NCBI GenBank assembly: GCA_964604995.1
Contig: CAZSAD010000001.1
Span: 107,231-127,230, forward strand
Source: an uncultured Methanosarcinales archaeon
Lineage (GTDB): Archaea > Nanobdellota > Nanobdellia > Woesearchaeales > JABMPP01
Direction of reading: 5' to 3'
Length of the DNA: 20,000 nucleotides
A model generated the notes under the pieces. That model saw nothing but the letters and a program-made list of their open reading frames with translations. It was not told the DNA's origin and ran no database searches. The position numbers and the translations under genes were made by a program. Positions 1 to 8,593 of this stretch are shown here, one piece after another. Numbering within the stretch: position 1 is the first letter of the stretch; each line of letters begins with the position of its first letter.

Positions 1-12
1 ATTTACAAAAAA

Positions 13-21
13 TATTTAAAG
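13..21 (+). promoter_or_regulatory. Archaeal TATA box (TATTTAAAG) with A-rich BRE-like upstream sequence; leaderless gene at 43
   Basis: TATA-like element about 25 bp upstream of ATG 43, no SD. Confidence 0.55.
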
Positions 22-42
22 TCCCAACAACTAATCTAATTT

Positions 43-384
43 ATGATAGACACAGTTGTTGGCATTGCATGTTTGCCAGTTGGAGTAATACTTTTCCTAA
101 ATGAATATGGAATAACTAATATTAATACTATTTTTGGGTTCAATATTTTGATTATAGCAGCCATTGCTCTTATTTTAATTCAAGTATCAAATATTTTAGG
201 CGCGCACATAATGGATGAAAATGTATTTTTAAGTTATATCATACACGCATTCATGATTTTCCCTTCACTCATTTTCTTTTTATCAAAAATTGGGGTAGGT
301 ATGCCTCAAAATATAATAACTAGTTTACCAATTGTTTTTGCATCATTCATATTAATTGAAGGAATGTATAGTTTTTTCTTTTAA
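43..384 (+). CDS. Hypothetical integral membrane protein (about 4 TM)
   Basis: 113 aa ORF with four hydrophobic stretches and a TATA box upstream. Confidence 0.75.
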   Translation: MIDTVVGIACLPVGVILFLNEYGITNINTIFGFNILIIAAIALILIQVSNILGAHIMDENVFLSYIIHAFMIFPSLIFFLSKIGVGMPQNIITSLPIVFASFILIEGMYSFFF

Positions 385-505
385 TTTATTTTAAAATATT
401 TTGAATTTTTTATCTCCAAATTTATTTCTAAATTTGTAGTTAATGTAGTTAATTATCTTTGATCATCGGATTTAAATCCATTAAGTATATTGTTTGTCAA
501 TTAAA

Positions 506-522
506 TAGGAAGTTTTATAAAC
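506..522 (+). promoter_or_regulatory. BRE/TATA promoter of the CARF-wHTH gene
   Basis: GGAAG followed by TTTTATAAAC at 513-522; SD-like GGGGTGG at 554-560. Confidence 0.55.
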
Positions 523-565
523 AAATCTTAATTTTAATATTAAATAATATTAAGGGGTGGACAAA

Positions 566-1213
566 ATGGCATTAAAAAATATCATGGTAGCGCCAGTTGG
601 CGATGAAAGCGATATGGATACATTATTCATTGGTTTAAGAGAATTCTCAACAGAAAAAATATATTTAATTTCAAGAAAAAGTAAACTAGACCTAGCAAAG
701 AAGACTAAATCAGAACTTGATAAATTTCATGTTCCTGTAATAATAATTGAAATTGCAGACAATAACTTATGGGAAGAGACTTTTAAAGCTATATCAGACA
801 TAAAAAGTATTGAGAAAGACAAAAGTATTCTAATTAATGTCGGAACTGGAGATAAACCTAGTAGATGCGCATCAACTAGTGCAGCATTTGTCAATGGTCT
901 TAAAGCATTTGACGTTATAGATAATGAGTTAATGATGCTCCCTGTTTTGAAATTTTCTTATTATAAACAGCTAACTGACAAAAAAATGGATATTCTAAAA
1001 ATATTGAACAACAAGGATTGCTGCTCTTCACTTGAACAACTAAGCAAGAAAACAAACATGAGCCTTCCGTTAATAAGTTATCATGTCAATGGTAATTTAA
1101 AGTCTGAAGGTTTAAAAGATTTGGGTCTTGTTGAAACTGCAGAATTCAAAGGAAAGATTGAAGTAAGACTCACAACACTTGGCAAAATGTTGATAAAAGG
1201 ATACGTAAAATAA
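566..1213 (+). CDS. CARF (Csa3/DUF6293, HFX_2341-like) domain plus C-terminal winged-HTH transcriptional regulator
   Basis: Rossmann-like start IMVAPVG, EKIYLI, INVGTGDK (CARF motif II-like); wHTH SLEQLSKKTNMSLPLISYHV..LKDLGLVE..VRLTTLGK. ATG 566 preferred over GTG 557 because the SD lies at 554-560. Confidence 0.8.
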   Translation: MALKNIMVAPVGDESDMDTLFIGLREFSTEKIYLISRKSKLDLAKKTKSELDKFHVPVIIIEIADNNLWEETFKAISDIKSIEKDKSILINVGTGDKPSRCASTSAAFVNGLKAFDVIDNELMMLPVLKFSYYKQLTDKKMDILKILNNKDCCSSLEQLSKKTNMSLPLISYHVNGNLKSEGLKDLGLVETAEFKGKIEVRLTTLGKMLIKGYVK

Positions 1214-1235
1214 ACAATATAAAAATAGATAATCA

Positions 1236-1326
1236 ATTTTTCTTTTTTTATTTTTCAAAATTATTTTTCATCTTATTATTTTTTCATTTATTCTTATTTT
1301 CTAATTTTCCTATTTTTTCTATCAAC
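1236..1326. terminator. T-rich archaeal terminator-like tract between convergent genes
   Basis: Multiple oligo-T runs directly after the stop of 566-1213. Confidence 0.4.
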
Positions 1327-1845
1327 TTATTTCGTTAAGTACCAAAAATTAGTAAGGAGAATTAAAATAACAATTATTTGTACTTCTATTCCATTAAATG
1401 GCATAGCAATCCAAGAAAAACTCAAGCCAAACAAGCTAAAAATTAAAGGAAACAATCCTGTTATACAAACAGGGCAAATTCCTGTTGCAAGTCCACCAAT
1501 TGTTGCAGCACAAGTTACTGCTCCGCTTTTTTTAACGTCTTTTCTTTGTTTATGTTTTATATAAGTTAAAATCGAATTTATAGAAATTAAAACTGCAATT
1601 ATCAATGCAAAAAAAGCAGATAAAATAAGTTTTGTCCAATTGATTGTATCAAAATAATTCGACATATAAATATATTTTACAGTAATATAAAATTGACTGG
1701 TTAAAATATTAACTGTCAAATAAAAAATGATTATTCCAAAAAACCAAAATATGTACTTCTTTTGAAAAACAGATGATAAATTAGCTTTAATGCTCCCAAT
1801 AGTTTTTCTATTGTTCAAATTGTTATCAATTTTAGTAAGTAACAT
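1327..1845 (-). CDS. Membrane protein with intramembrane C..CPVC motif, putative metal-binding or thiol-redox protein
   Basis: About 4 hydrophobic segments; TCAATIGGLATGICPVCITGL; 27 bp downstream of the cupredoxin gene. Confidence 0.7.
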   Translation of the reverse strand: MLLTKIDNNLNNRKTIGSIKANLSSVFQKKYIFWFFGIIIFYLTVNILTSQFYITVKYIYMSNYFDTINWTKLILSAFFALIIAVLISINSILTYIKHKQRKDVKKSGAVTCAATIGGLATGICPVCITGLFPLIFSLFGLSFSWIAMPFNGIEVQIIVILILLTNFWYLTK

Positions 1846-1872
1846 TGTGTTTTTGATATACTATTTTATTTA

Positions 1873-2331
1873 TTATATAACAATTAATTTTCCTTTTCCC
1901 ATCCCCATAGAGCAAGAAAATGCAAAAGTGCCAGTTTGGGTTGGTGTAAATTGCATCGAATTATCTGATGGATTGAATGTTTTAGTTAATTGCATGGAAG
2001 GGATTGTAAATGACCTATAACACCCTTGAACTTTACTTGTATCTGCAACAATTTTAACGGGAATATCTTTCTTGACTCTGATTACATCTGGATAATAATT
2101 ATAATTTACCATTGAAAGCTCTACTGTTTGAATGCCATTAACCATAATTGCATCAACAGCTCTCGATGAATCAGTACCTTCATTTTGATAGTTTTTATTT
2201 ATTTGTCCGCTATTTTTGTTATCAACTAATAAATAATTTGTAGTAGCAAAAATAATTATTGCAATAATTATAATTCCAGCTATTAGTGGCAATGTTCCAA
2301 TCCCTTTTTTATTAGAATAAAAATTTACCAT
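1873..2331 (-). CDS. Membrane-anchored cupredoxin-domain protein (CupA-like)
   Basis: N-terminal TM; YYPDVIRVKKDIPV, GCYRSFTIP, FTPTQTGTFAFSCSMGMGKGKLIV (Cys...CSMGM); TATA at about 2353-2360. Confidence 0.85.
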   Translation of the reverse strand: MVNFYSNKKGIGTLPLIAGIIIIAIIIFATTNYLLVDNKNSGQINKNYQNEGTDSSRAVDAIMVNGIQTVELSMVNYNYYPDVIRVKKDIPVKIVADTSKVQGCYRSFTIPSMQLTKTFNPSDNSMQFTPTQTGTFAFSCSMGMGKGKLIVI

Positions 2332-2421
2332 TATAAATTCTTTATTTAATTCTTTATAAATATGATGTTGAATAAAAAAATAATCTCTTAAACTAAATTA
2401 AACCTTTTTTTCTTATTTTAT

Positions 2422-3249
2422 CTATCTATTCATTTTATATTCTTTTAGAAGTACATAAGCACCAATTACAAACATCCACAAACTAAATATCTGTCCAACC
2501 GGAATCCCAAAATACATTGTTTCAGGCTCTTTCCAAAATTCAATGATAAATCTCATTGCACCATACATTATTACAAATACCCAAAAAAAGTATCCTTTCT
2601 TGTAATGTTTAGATGTTTTTAATGCTTTTTGCTGCCAGCTAAACAAAAAAGCAAATATAATAAAATTTTTAATGCTTTCATAAATTTGAGTTGGATGCCT
2701 AAATCCTTCTGCAGATTTGAATTTTACTGCCCAGAAAACAGTTGTAATTTTGCCATAAAGTTCTCCATTAATAAAATTAGCAATTCTACCAAGAGCTAAA
2801 CCAAGTGCAGCTGGAACAACAAGGGCATCAGCAATATCATAAAATCCAATCTTATGTTTTTCGTGTTTAATTTCATTTTTATCCATTTTGGTGATTTTTT
2901 TATTGTGAAATTTTAAATATAACCAAGTTGCAATTATCGCACCAACAAGTCCCCCATGAAATGACAATCCCCCATTCCAGTAGGCAATAATTTGCTTCGG
3001 ATTAGAAAAATAATAACTTGACTGATAAAATAAAACTTCAAAAACTCTAGCACCTACCAAAACTCCTAAAATCAAATATATTGAAAAATCATAAACCTCA
3101 TTTTCATCTAATCCTAAAACTTTTTTTCTTGATAAATACAATAGATACCAAACTGTAAACAAAAAACCAAATGCATAAATAATTCCATAATACCTTATTT
3201 CTAATCCAAAAATTCTAAATAAGATCGGATCAATATTATTTACAAACAT
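2422..3249 (-). CDS. lgt: Prolipoprotein diacylglyceryl transferase
   Basis: IRYYG, LVGAR, GGLSFHGG, GRIANFINGELYG, RHPTQIYES and YGAMRFIIEF motifs all present. Confidence 0.95.
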   Translation of the reverse strand: MFVNNIDPILFRIFGLEIRYYGIIYAFGFLFTVWYLLYLSRKKVLGLDENEVYDFSIYLILGVLVGARVFEVLFYQSSYYFSNPKQIIAYWNGGLSFHGGLVGAIIATWLYLKFHNKKITKMDKNEIKHEKHKIGFYDIADALVVPAALGLALGRIANFINGELYGKITTVFWAVKFKSAEGFRHPTQIYESIKNFIIFAFLFSWQQKALKTSKHYKKGYFFWVFVIMYGAMRFIIEFWKEPETMYFGIPVGQIFSLWMFVIGAYVLLKEYKMNR

Positions 3250-3279
3250 TTTTTGTCCCTTTTTATACTATCTTTTTCT

Positions 3280-4089
3280 TTATATATTTTTTAAACTATT
3301 TTCAACAGCTAATAAAAAATACACCCTATTATACAAATGTGCAAGATACAAAACTATTATGACTATTACTCCTGCAAAAATAAAAAAATTTGAGTATACA
3401 TTGTTCAAAACTTCTTCTTTAAGAGTCCATCTTATTAAAAAATCAAAAAAAGTAAGTACAACAATCAAAAATAGTGCAGCTAATAATAATACAAAATATG
3501 TAAATGCATATTTTTTGAATTTACCAAACCCTATAAAAAATCCTAATTTATAACTTTTCCAGAATCCATTTTCAAATAAGAATGCCGTATGACTAATATT
3601 TGCTAAAGGATATATCAAAATAAAAATTACAATTAATGTCATTGCAACACTATTCAAAATAAGTGACTGACTAACAAACCCCATATAAATTATTGTTAAA
3701 ATAATCATCATTAAAAAGATGGTTATGCCCCACAAAAGATTCAATAAAAAAAATTCAGGTAATCTGTTATACTCCATTATATGTTCATCTTTATTTATTT
3801 TTGATAATAAAAACTGTTTTGTAATTGAAACTACTACAAATTTGGTGCAAGAATAAATTACTACTACTAAAAATAAATAAATCAATCTTTGCCAAATTGG
3901 TGAATTATACTCTGATAATACACCACTAAAGAAAAACGTAGTTACATACAATAATAATAAAAAAAGCAAATCAAAAATTATTGATAACCATAAAATATAT
4001 TTTTTTGATTTTATCTTTAAAAGTGCTTCTTTTGCTTTAGAATTGTTCCATCTCTCTTTCCACTTTTTAGGGAGTTTATTCACTTTCAT
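3280..4089 (-). CDS. Hypothetical polytopic membrane protein (about 6 TM)
   Basis: 269 aa hydrophobic ORF co-oriented 30 bp upstream of lgt. Confidence 0.7.
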   Translation of the reverse strand: MKVNKLPKKWKERWNNSKAKEALLKIKSKKYILWLSIIFDLLFLLLLYVTTFFFSGVLSEYNSPIWQRLIYLFLVVVIYSCTKFVVVSITKQFLLSKINKDEHIMEYNRLPEFFLLNLLWGITIFLMMIILTIIYMGFVSQSLILNSVAMTLIVIFILIYPLANISHTAFLFENGFWKSYKLGFFIGFGKFKKYAFTYFVLLLAALFLIVVLTFFDFLIRWTLKEEVLNNVYSNFFIFAGVIVIIVLYLAHLYNRVYFLLAVENSLKNI

Positions 4090-4200
4090 TTTTTAACCCT
4101 ATTCTAAAATATTTTTTATTATAAACTAAATCCAATAAAACTTATATTAATTATAAATAAAAATTTAAAAAAATAAAATTAATTAAATCCTTCAAATATT

Positions 4201-5668
4201 TTATTGACCAACATCAACTGTTCCTTGTGCAGCTGGTTTACCTATAATTTGTCCAGTTGATAAATCCTTAAAAACAGATCCGCTCATAAGGCCAGGATTT
4301 CTAAATATATAACTACCATCCTTTTCAATTGAACCAACACTTGGCCAAACTTGTTGCAATCCTGGATAAATACTAGCTTCTTTTGATATAACAACAGTTG
4401 GTACTTGGGTAATATTATATTTTGCAATTAATGCTTTTCCAATGTTATCCGAAATATCAACATATGTTTCACTGCTAAATTTCATTCCAAATCTTTCTAG
4501 GATTGCTTTGTGAACACTCACATTATAACATGTTGTGCAACTTTTATCTGACAAATAAGTTAGATCAACCAAACCTTCAACTTTATTTGTTGTAAGGTCT
4601 AAATAAGGTACGCCAATTGCCTGAGGTGTTCTCATTATAAATGAACCATCTTGTTCAATTGTTCCGATAACTGGCCATGCCTGGGCAACTTGGTCATAAT
4701 AATTAATATCATTTGAAAATATCAAAGTTGGTACTTTAGTAATATTATACTTTTCAACAAGTGCTAATCCAGCATTTGATGTTACTTCAACTTCATTTTT
4801 TTCTGTAAACTTCATACCAAATCCTTCAAATTGTGTTATTATTACATTCAAATCTTGGCAATTTGTGCAATCACTTGCTTTTAGATAAGTTAATTTAATC
4901 AATCCTTTAACTTGTCCAGTTGCAACATCAGTGTATGGTGCCAAAGTTTCAAGCAAAACCAAAGCATCATCTTTCTTTTCAAACTTAGGTATTGTCAAAT
5001 TTGATACTTCTCCTTTTACTACTATTGTTGGAACTTTTGTTAATCCATATTTTTTAACCAATGCCAATCCTGCTTCAGAATCATACTCAACAGAATTTTC
5101 AGCTGTTACATTTATATTTAATCCTTTAACTGCTGTTACAAGTTCAGTGACATCATAGCAATCTAAACATTTGCTATTTGTGAGGGTTGTTATTTGAACT
5201 TTTGGTACAATTGTTTCTGGTGCATTATTATTTGGTGCCTTTGTACTGAAAAATCCTATCATCTGCATAACTAAAACAATATTTGCGATTAATACAACTG
5301 CAAGTAGTGCATAAAGCCAAATCTTTGTTTTGGGTCCTTTTTTATCTTCTGCAGTATCTACTTTATCAGCACTTTTTTTATGTGTTAATTGTGCTTGTTT
5401 TTTTGCAGCTTTCTTTTTATGCCTTTTTGCAGCTTTCTTTTGAGAAGAGGTTTGTTTTGTCTCTTTTTTATCTTCTTTAATATCNNNNNNNNNNTGATTC
5501 ATTAGAAGTTTCTTCTTGCTCTTCTTTTGTATTGTCCGATGAAGTTTGATCAGAATCAGTTTGCTCTTCTGAAGAATTTGAATTTTCATCTTCTTGATCT
5601 AAATTTTCACTATCGGTCTGCTTTTCATCTATCGCATCCTTAGTTAAATTCTTTTTTTTATCTGCCAT
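4201..5668 (-). CDS. Membrane-anchored protein with three tandem thioredoxin-like (CxxC...VPT) domains; reading frame interrupted by a 10-N assembly gap
   Basis: ORF 5477-5668 (MADKKKN..., SD-like GGGTG upstream) most plausibly joins ORF 4201-5484 across Ns 5485-5494; TM IWLYALLAVVLIANIVLV; CLDC, CTNC and CTTC, each followed by KYx(I/L)TxVPT. Confidence 0.8.
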
Positions 5669-5892
5669 AGTAACACCCTTTTGCTTAACTCTTGCATTTA
5701 TTTTGCAAGGTATGTTAGATAATGCTTATTAAACAAAAATTTCCACCTCTTTAAAAACATTAGCTAAATTGTTAAATTATTAAGTAAATTATTATTTAAG
5801 TAACTTATTTGGTTATGTATGCAGGTTATGAATGCATATTAATTTTAGAAAAACAAAAATATTAAAATACTACTACAAATTATATTCTAATT

Positions 5893-6168
5893 ATGAACAA
5901 ACAATCACAATCTGTTAGTTTACCAAAGCCTTGGCATCAAATCGATAAGGACGATGAGGATCACATATATGTATATAAAACTGATAAAACAGATGATGAT
6001 CCGCACTACTATGATAGGTCATTAGAAATAGTAAAAGAGCAAGGTGGTTATGGTGTTTATGCAAGAAAAGGCAAAGAAAGAGATGCCAAAGAAGTATTTC
6101 ACCAAATATTCGAAGTAAAATCAGATGCACAAAGGAAAATAAAAGAACTCATGGAAAAAGGATTTTAA
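5893..6168 (+). CDS. Small soluble hypothetical protein, weakly WGR-like C-terminus
   Basis: 91 aa ORF with TATA-like TATTAAAATA about 25-30 bp upstream; charged, protein-like composition. Confidence 0.65.
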   Translation: MNKQSQSVSLPKPWHQIDKDDEDHIYVYKTDKTDDDPHYYDRSLEIVKEQGGYGVYARKGKERDAKEVFHQIFEVKSDAQRKIKELMEKGF

Positions 6169-6194
6169 ATCTCAATTTAAACACCACTATATTT

Positions 6195-7412
6195 TTATTT
6201 TGTCATATCAACTAATTTTTTAATTTCTTCTACAAAAACATCAATTTCTTGGGGTGTATTATACAAATATAAACTTGCTCTTGCGCTGCCATCTATATTA
6301 TTAGCATTGAACCAGGAATGAACACAATGTCTTCCTGATCTAATCATTATGTTTTTTGTTTCATTCAAAATTATTGCAATAGTGTGGTAATCCATTCCTT
6401 TTATGTTAAAACTTATAATTCCACTTCTATTCTTAGCATCTTTTGGACCTAAAATTTCAACACCTTTTATTTTATTTAGTTCATCAGTTGCTTTTTTGTT
6501 CAACATAAATTCATGCTTTTCAATTTCATCAAGTCCAATTTTTGATAAATATTCGCAGGCATGAGCCATTCCAATGATTCCTGCATAATTTTGTAATCCT
6601 GCTTCAAATTTTTCTGGTCCAGTTGTCCATTTAACTGAATTATAAGTAGTATCATCAACTGTTCCACCACCAACTACAAAACCATCCATGTTTTTCATAA
6701 ATTCTGATTTAACATAAAGCGCTCCCATGCCAGTTGGCCCAAGCATTTTATGTCCAGAAAATGATAAAAAATCAGCGTCTAGTTTTCTAACATTCATTTT
6801 TTTATGTGGTGCTGCCTGCGCAGCATCAATTAAAATTGGAACTTTATTTTCATGTGCAATTTTAATTACTTGTTCAATTGGAATTGAACTTCCATCCATA
6901 TTTGAAGTCCAAACTACAGACACAAATCCTGCATTTTTTACTTTTTTTTGAAAATCATCAATATCAAAATTTTCCTGTGAAAATTTGACAAATTCCAAAT
7001 TGCTTATTTTTCCTTGAGTTTTAAGTTTAAGCCATGGCAGTAAATTAGAATTATGCTCTTTTTCAGATATTACAACATGTTTGCCTTTATCAATCTTAAA
7101 AGAATTTGCAACAATATTTATTCCTTCAGTTGTATTTTTGGTTATAATAATCTCTTTTTCATTTTTTGCACCAATAAAATTCGCAATTACTTTTCTACTC
7201 CAATCAACTTTTTCAGTTACAATTTTGCCAAGTGCATGCTGGCTTCTTTCGCCACACGCAGGATAATTAATATAATAATCATTCATGGAATCAATTACTT
7301 GCTTAGGTTTAAGTGTCATGCAAGCATTGTCAAAATAAATTATTGGTTGACCTTTTATTTTCTTAGATAGAACAAAAAAATCCTGCCTTATCTTTTCAGT
7401 ATTTAGGCTCAT
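6195..7412 (-). CDS. sufS: Cysteine desulfurase, SufS/group II (PLP-dependent class V aminotransferase)
   Basis: IYFDNA, NTTEGIN, EHNSNLLPW, DAAQ, SGHKMLGPTG, FEAGL, RSGRHC (catalytic Cys), RASLYLYN. Confidence 0.93.
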   Translation of the reverse strand: MSLNTEKIRQDFFVLSKKIKGQPIIYFDNACMTLKPKQVIDSMNDYYINYPACGERSQHALGKIVTEKVDWSRKVIANFIGAKNEKEIIITKNTTEGINIVANSFKIDKGKHVVISEKEHNSNLLPWLKLKTQGKISNLEFVKFSQENFDIDDFQKKVKNAGFVSVVWTSNMDGSSIPIEQVIKIAHENKVPILIDAAQAAPHKKMNVRKLDADFLSFSGHKMLGPTGMGALYVKSEFMKNMDGFVVGGGTVDDTTYNSVKWTTGPEKFEAGLQNYAGIIGMAHACEYLSKIGLDEIEKHEFMLNKKATDELNKIKGVEILGPKDAKNRSGIISFNIKGMDYHTIAIILNETKNIMIRSGRHCVHSWFNANNIDGSARASLYLYNTPQEIDVFVEEIKKLVDMTK

Positions 7413-7497
7413 AGTAATAGAAAAATTATTCTCCTTTAATAATCTTATCTGTTATTATCTCCTTTAATAATATTACTTTACAACTTTGCAGAAATAT

Positions 7498-8460
7498 TTA
7501 ATGACAACTCTGAAGTGAATTTGAATTATTTATTTCACTAATTGTTTTTTCATCACCTTCAATTACTTTTTTAAATGTATCAAAATCTTGTGGCCCAACA
7601 ATTGTTCTATTGTTTATAAAAAATGTTGGCGTGCCATAAACACCTGCTTTTATTCCTGCTTCAACATCTTTTTCAACATCTGAAAAATATTTGTTGCTAT
7701 CATAACAAGAATTGAATAAATTCATATCTAATCCAAACTCAGATGCAACTTGTTTTACACCTTCTTTTGTATGATTCATAGTTTCAAGCCTGCTAAACAT
7801 GTAATCTCTAAATTGCCAATATTTGCCTTGGTCATTAGCACATTTTGCAGCCATTGCATGAAACTCGGCATTTTCATGATTTGAACTAACTGGAAAATCT
7901 CTAAAAGTATATTTGACTTTTCCAGTGTATGCTTGAAGAATTTGTTTAACTATCGGCTCAGCTTTTTTAGTATAAGGGCAAAGATAACATCCAAATTCTA
8001 TTATTTCAATTTTAGCATCATTTGGTCCGATGCTAGGTGAATTGCCAAAATTTGGAAGAATGATTGGCCCAGTGTAATTTGTAATGGTTGTTGAAAATTT
8101 GCTTTTTCCAGCAGGATCAAATAAACAAAATCCCTCTCCATTTTGCTTTCCATTGCAGTTGCCGTAAGTAAAGTAATTATATGTTGAAATTCCAGATTGA
8201 ACTGTGCTCCAAATCATTAGTATCAAAAATAACCAAGATATTATTTCAAATCTTTTGTACAAAAATTTGCCAATCTTTGGACTTCTTTTCATAATCTTGC
8301 CAGTTATCTGACCTTTTAGTCTAACATCAAGTCCTGACTCACATTTTCTAAGAGTTAATCTTCGAAAAACGCAATCAAATGCTTCTTTTGCAATTGGCCT
8401 ATAGCTCGCGCTGAAAATTGACAGAATCCCAAAAACTATTAACGCAATTATACATATCAT
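7498..8460 (-). CDS. DsbA/BdbD-like thioredoxin-fold protein with N-terminal Cys-containing membrane domain
   Basis: GPNDAKIEIIEFGCYLCPYT, FRDFP, AAKCANDQGKYWQF, GVYGTPTFFIN; two N-terminal TMs. Confidence 0.88.
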   Translation of the reverse strand: MICIIALIVFGILSIFSASYRPIAKEAFDCVFRRLTLRKCESGLDVRLKGQITGKIMKRSPKIGKFLYKRFEIISWLFLILMIWSTVQSGISTYNYFTYGNCNGKQNGEGFCLFDPAGKSKFSTTITNYTGPIILPNFGNSPSIGPNDAKIEIIEFGCYLCPYTKKAEPIVKQILQAYTGKVKYTFRDFPVSSNHENAEFHAMAAKCANDQGKYWQFRDYMFSRLETMNHTKEGVKQVASEFGLDMNLFNSCYDSNKYFSDVEKDVEAGIKAGVYGTPTFFINNRTIVGPQDFDTFKKVIEGDEKTISEINNSNSLQSCH

Positions 8461-8563
8461 GTTTATCTACGGTTAAGACTTAATAAGAGCTTTATAATAT
8501 TTTGCATAAATACTTTACATATTCTTATTTTCATGTTCTAATTTTTTCATATTTTTCAAAACC

Positions 8564-8573
8564 TTTTTTAATA
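8564..8573 (+). promoter_or_regulatory. TATA box of leaderless dph2
   Basis: AAAACC followed by TTTTTTAATA, about 25 bp before ATG 8594. Confidence 0.5.
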
Positions 8574-8593
8574 GTACCTTCTTTTCAAAATCC

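Noticed and set aside
5477..5668. Apparent frameshift or pseudogene, or two overlapping ORFs (63 aa and 462 aa)
   Set aside because: The frame change falls exactly on a 10-N scaffold gap, so it is most likely an assembly artefact of one gene. The MKIQILQK start at 5589 is probably spurious.
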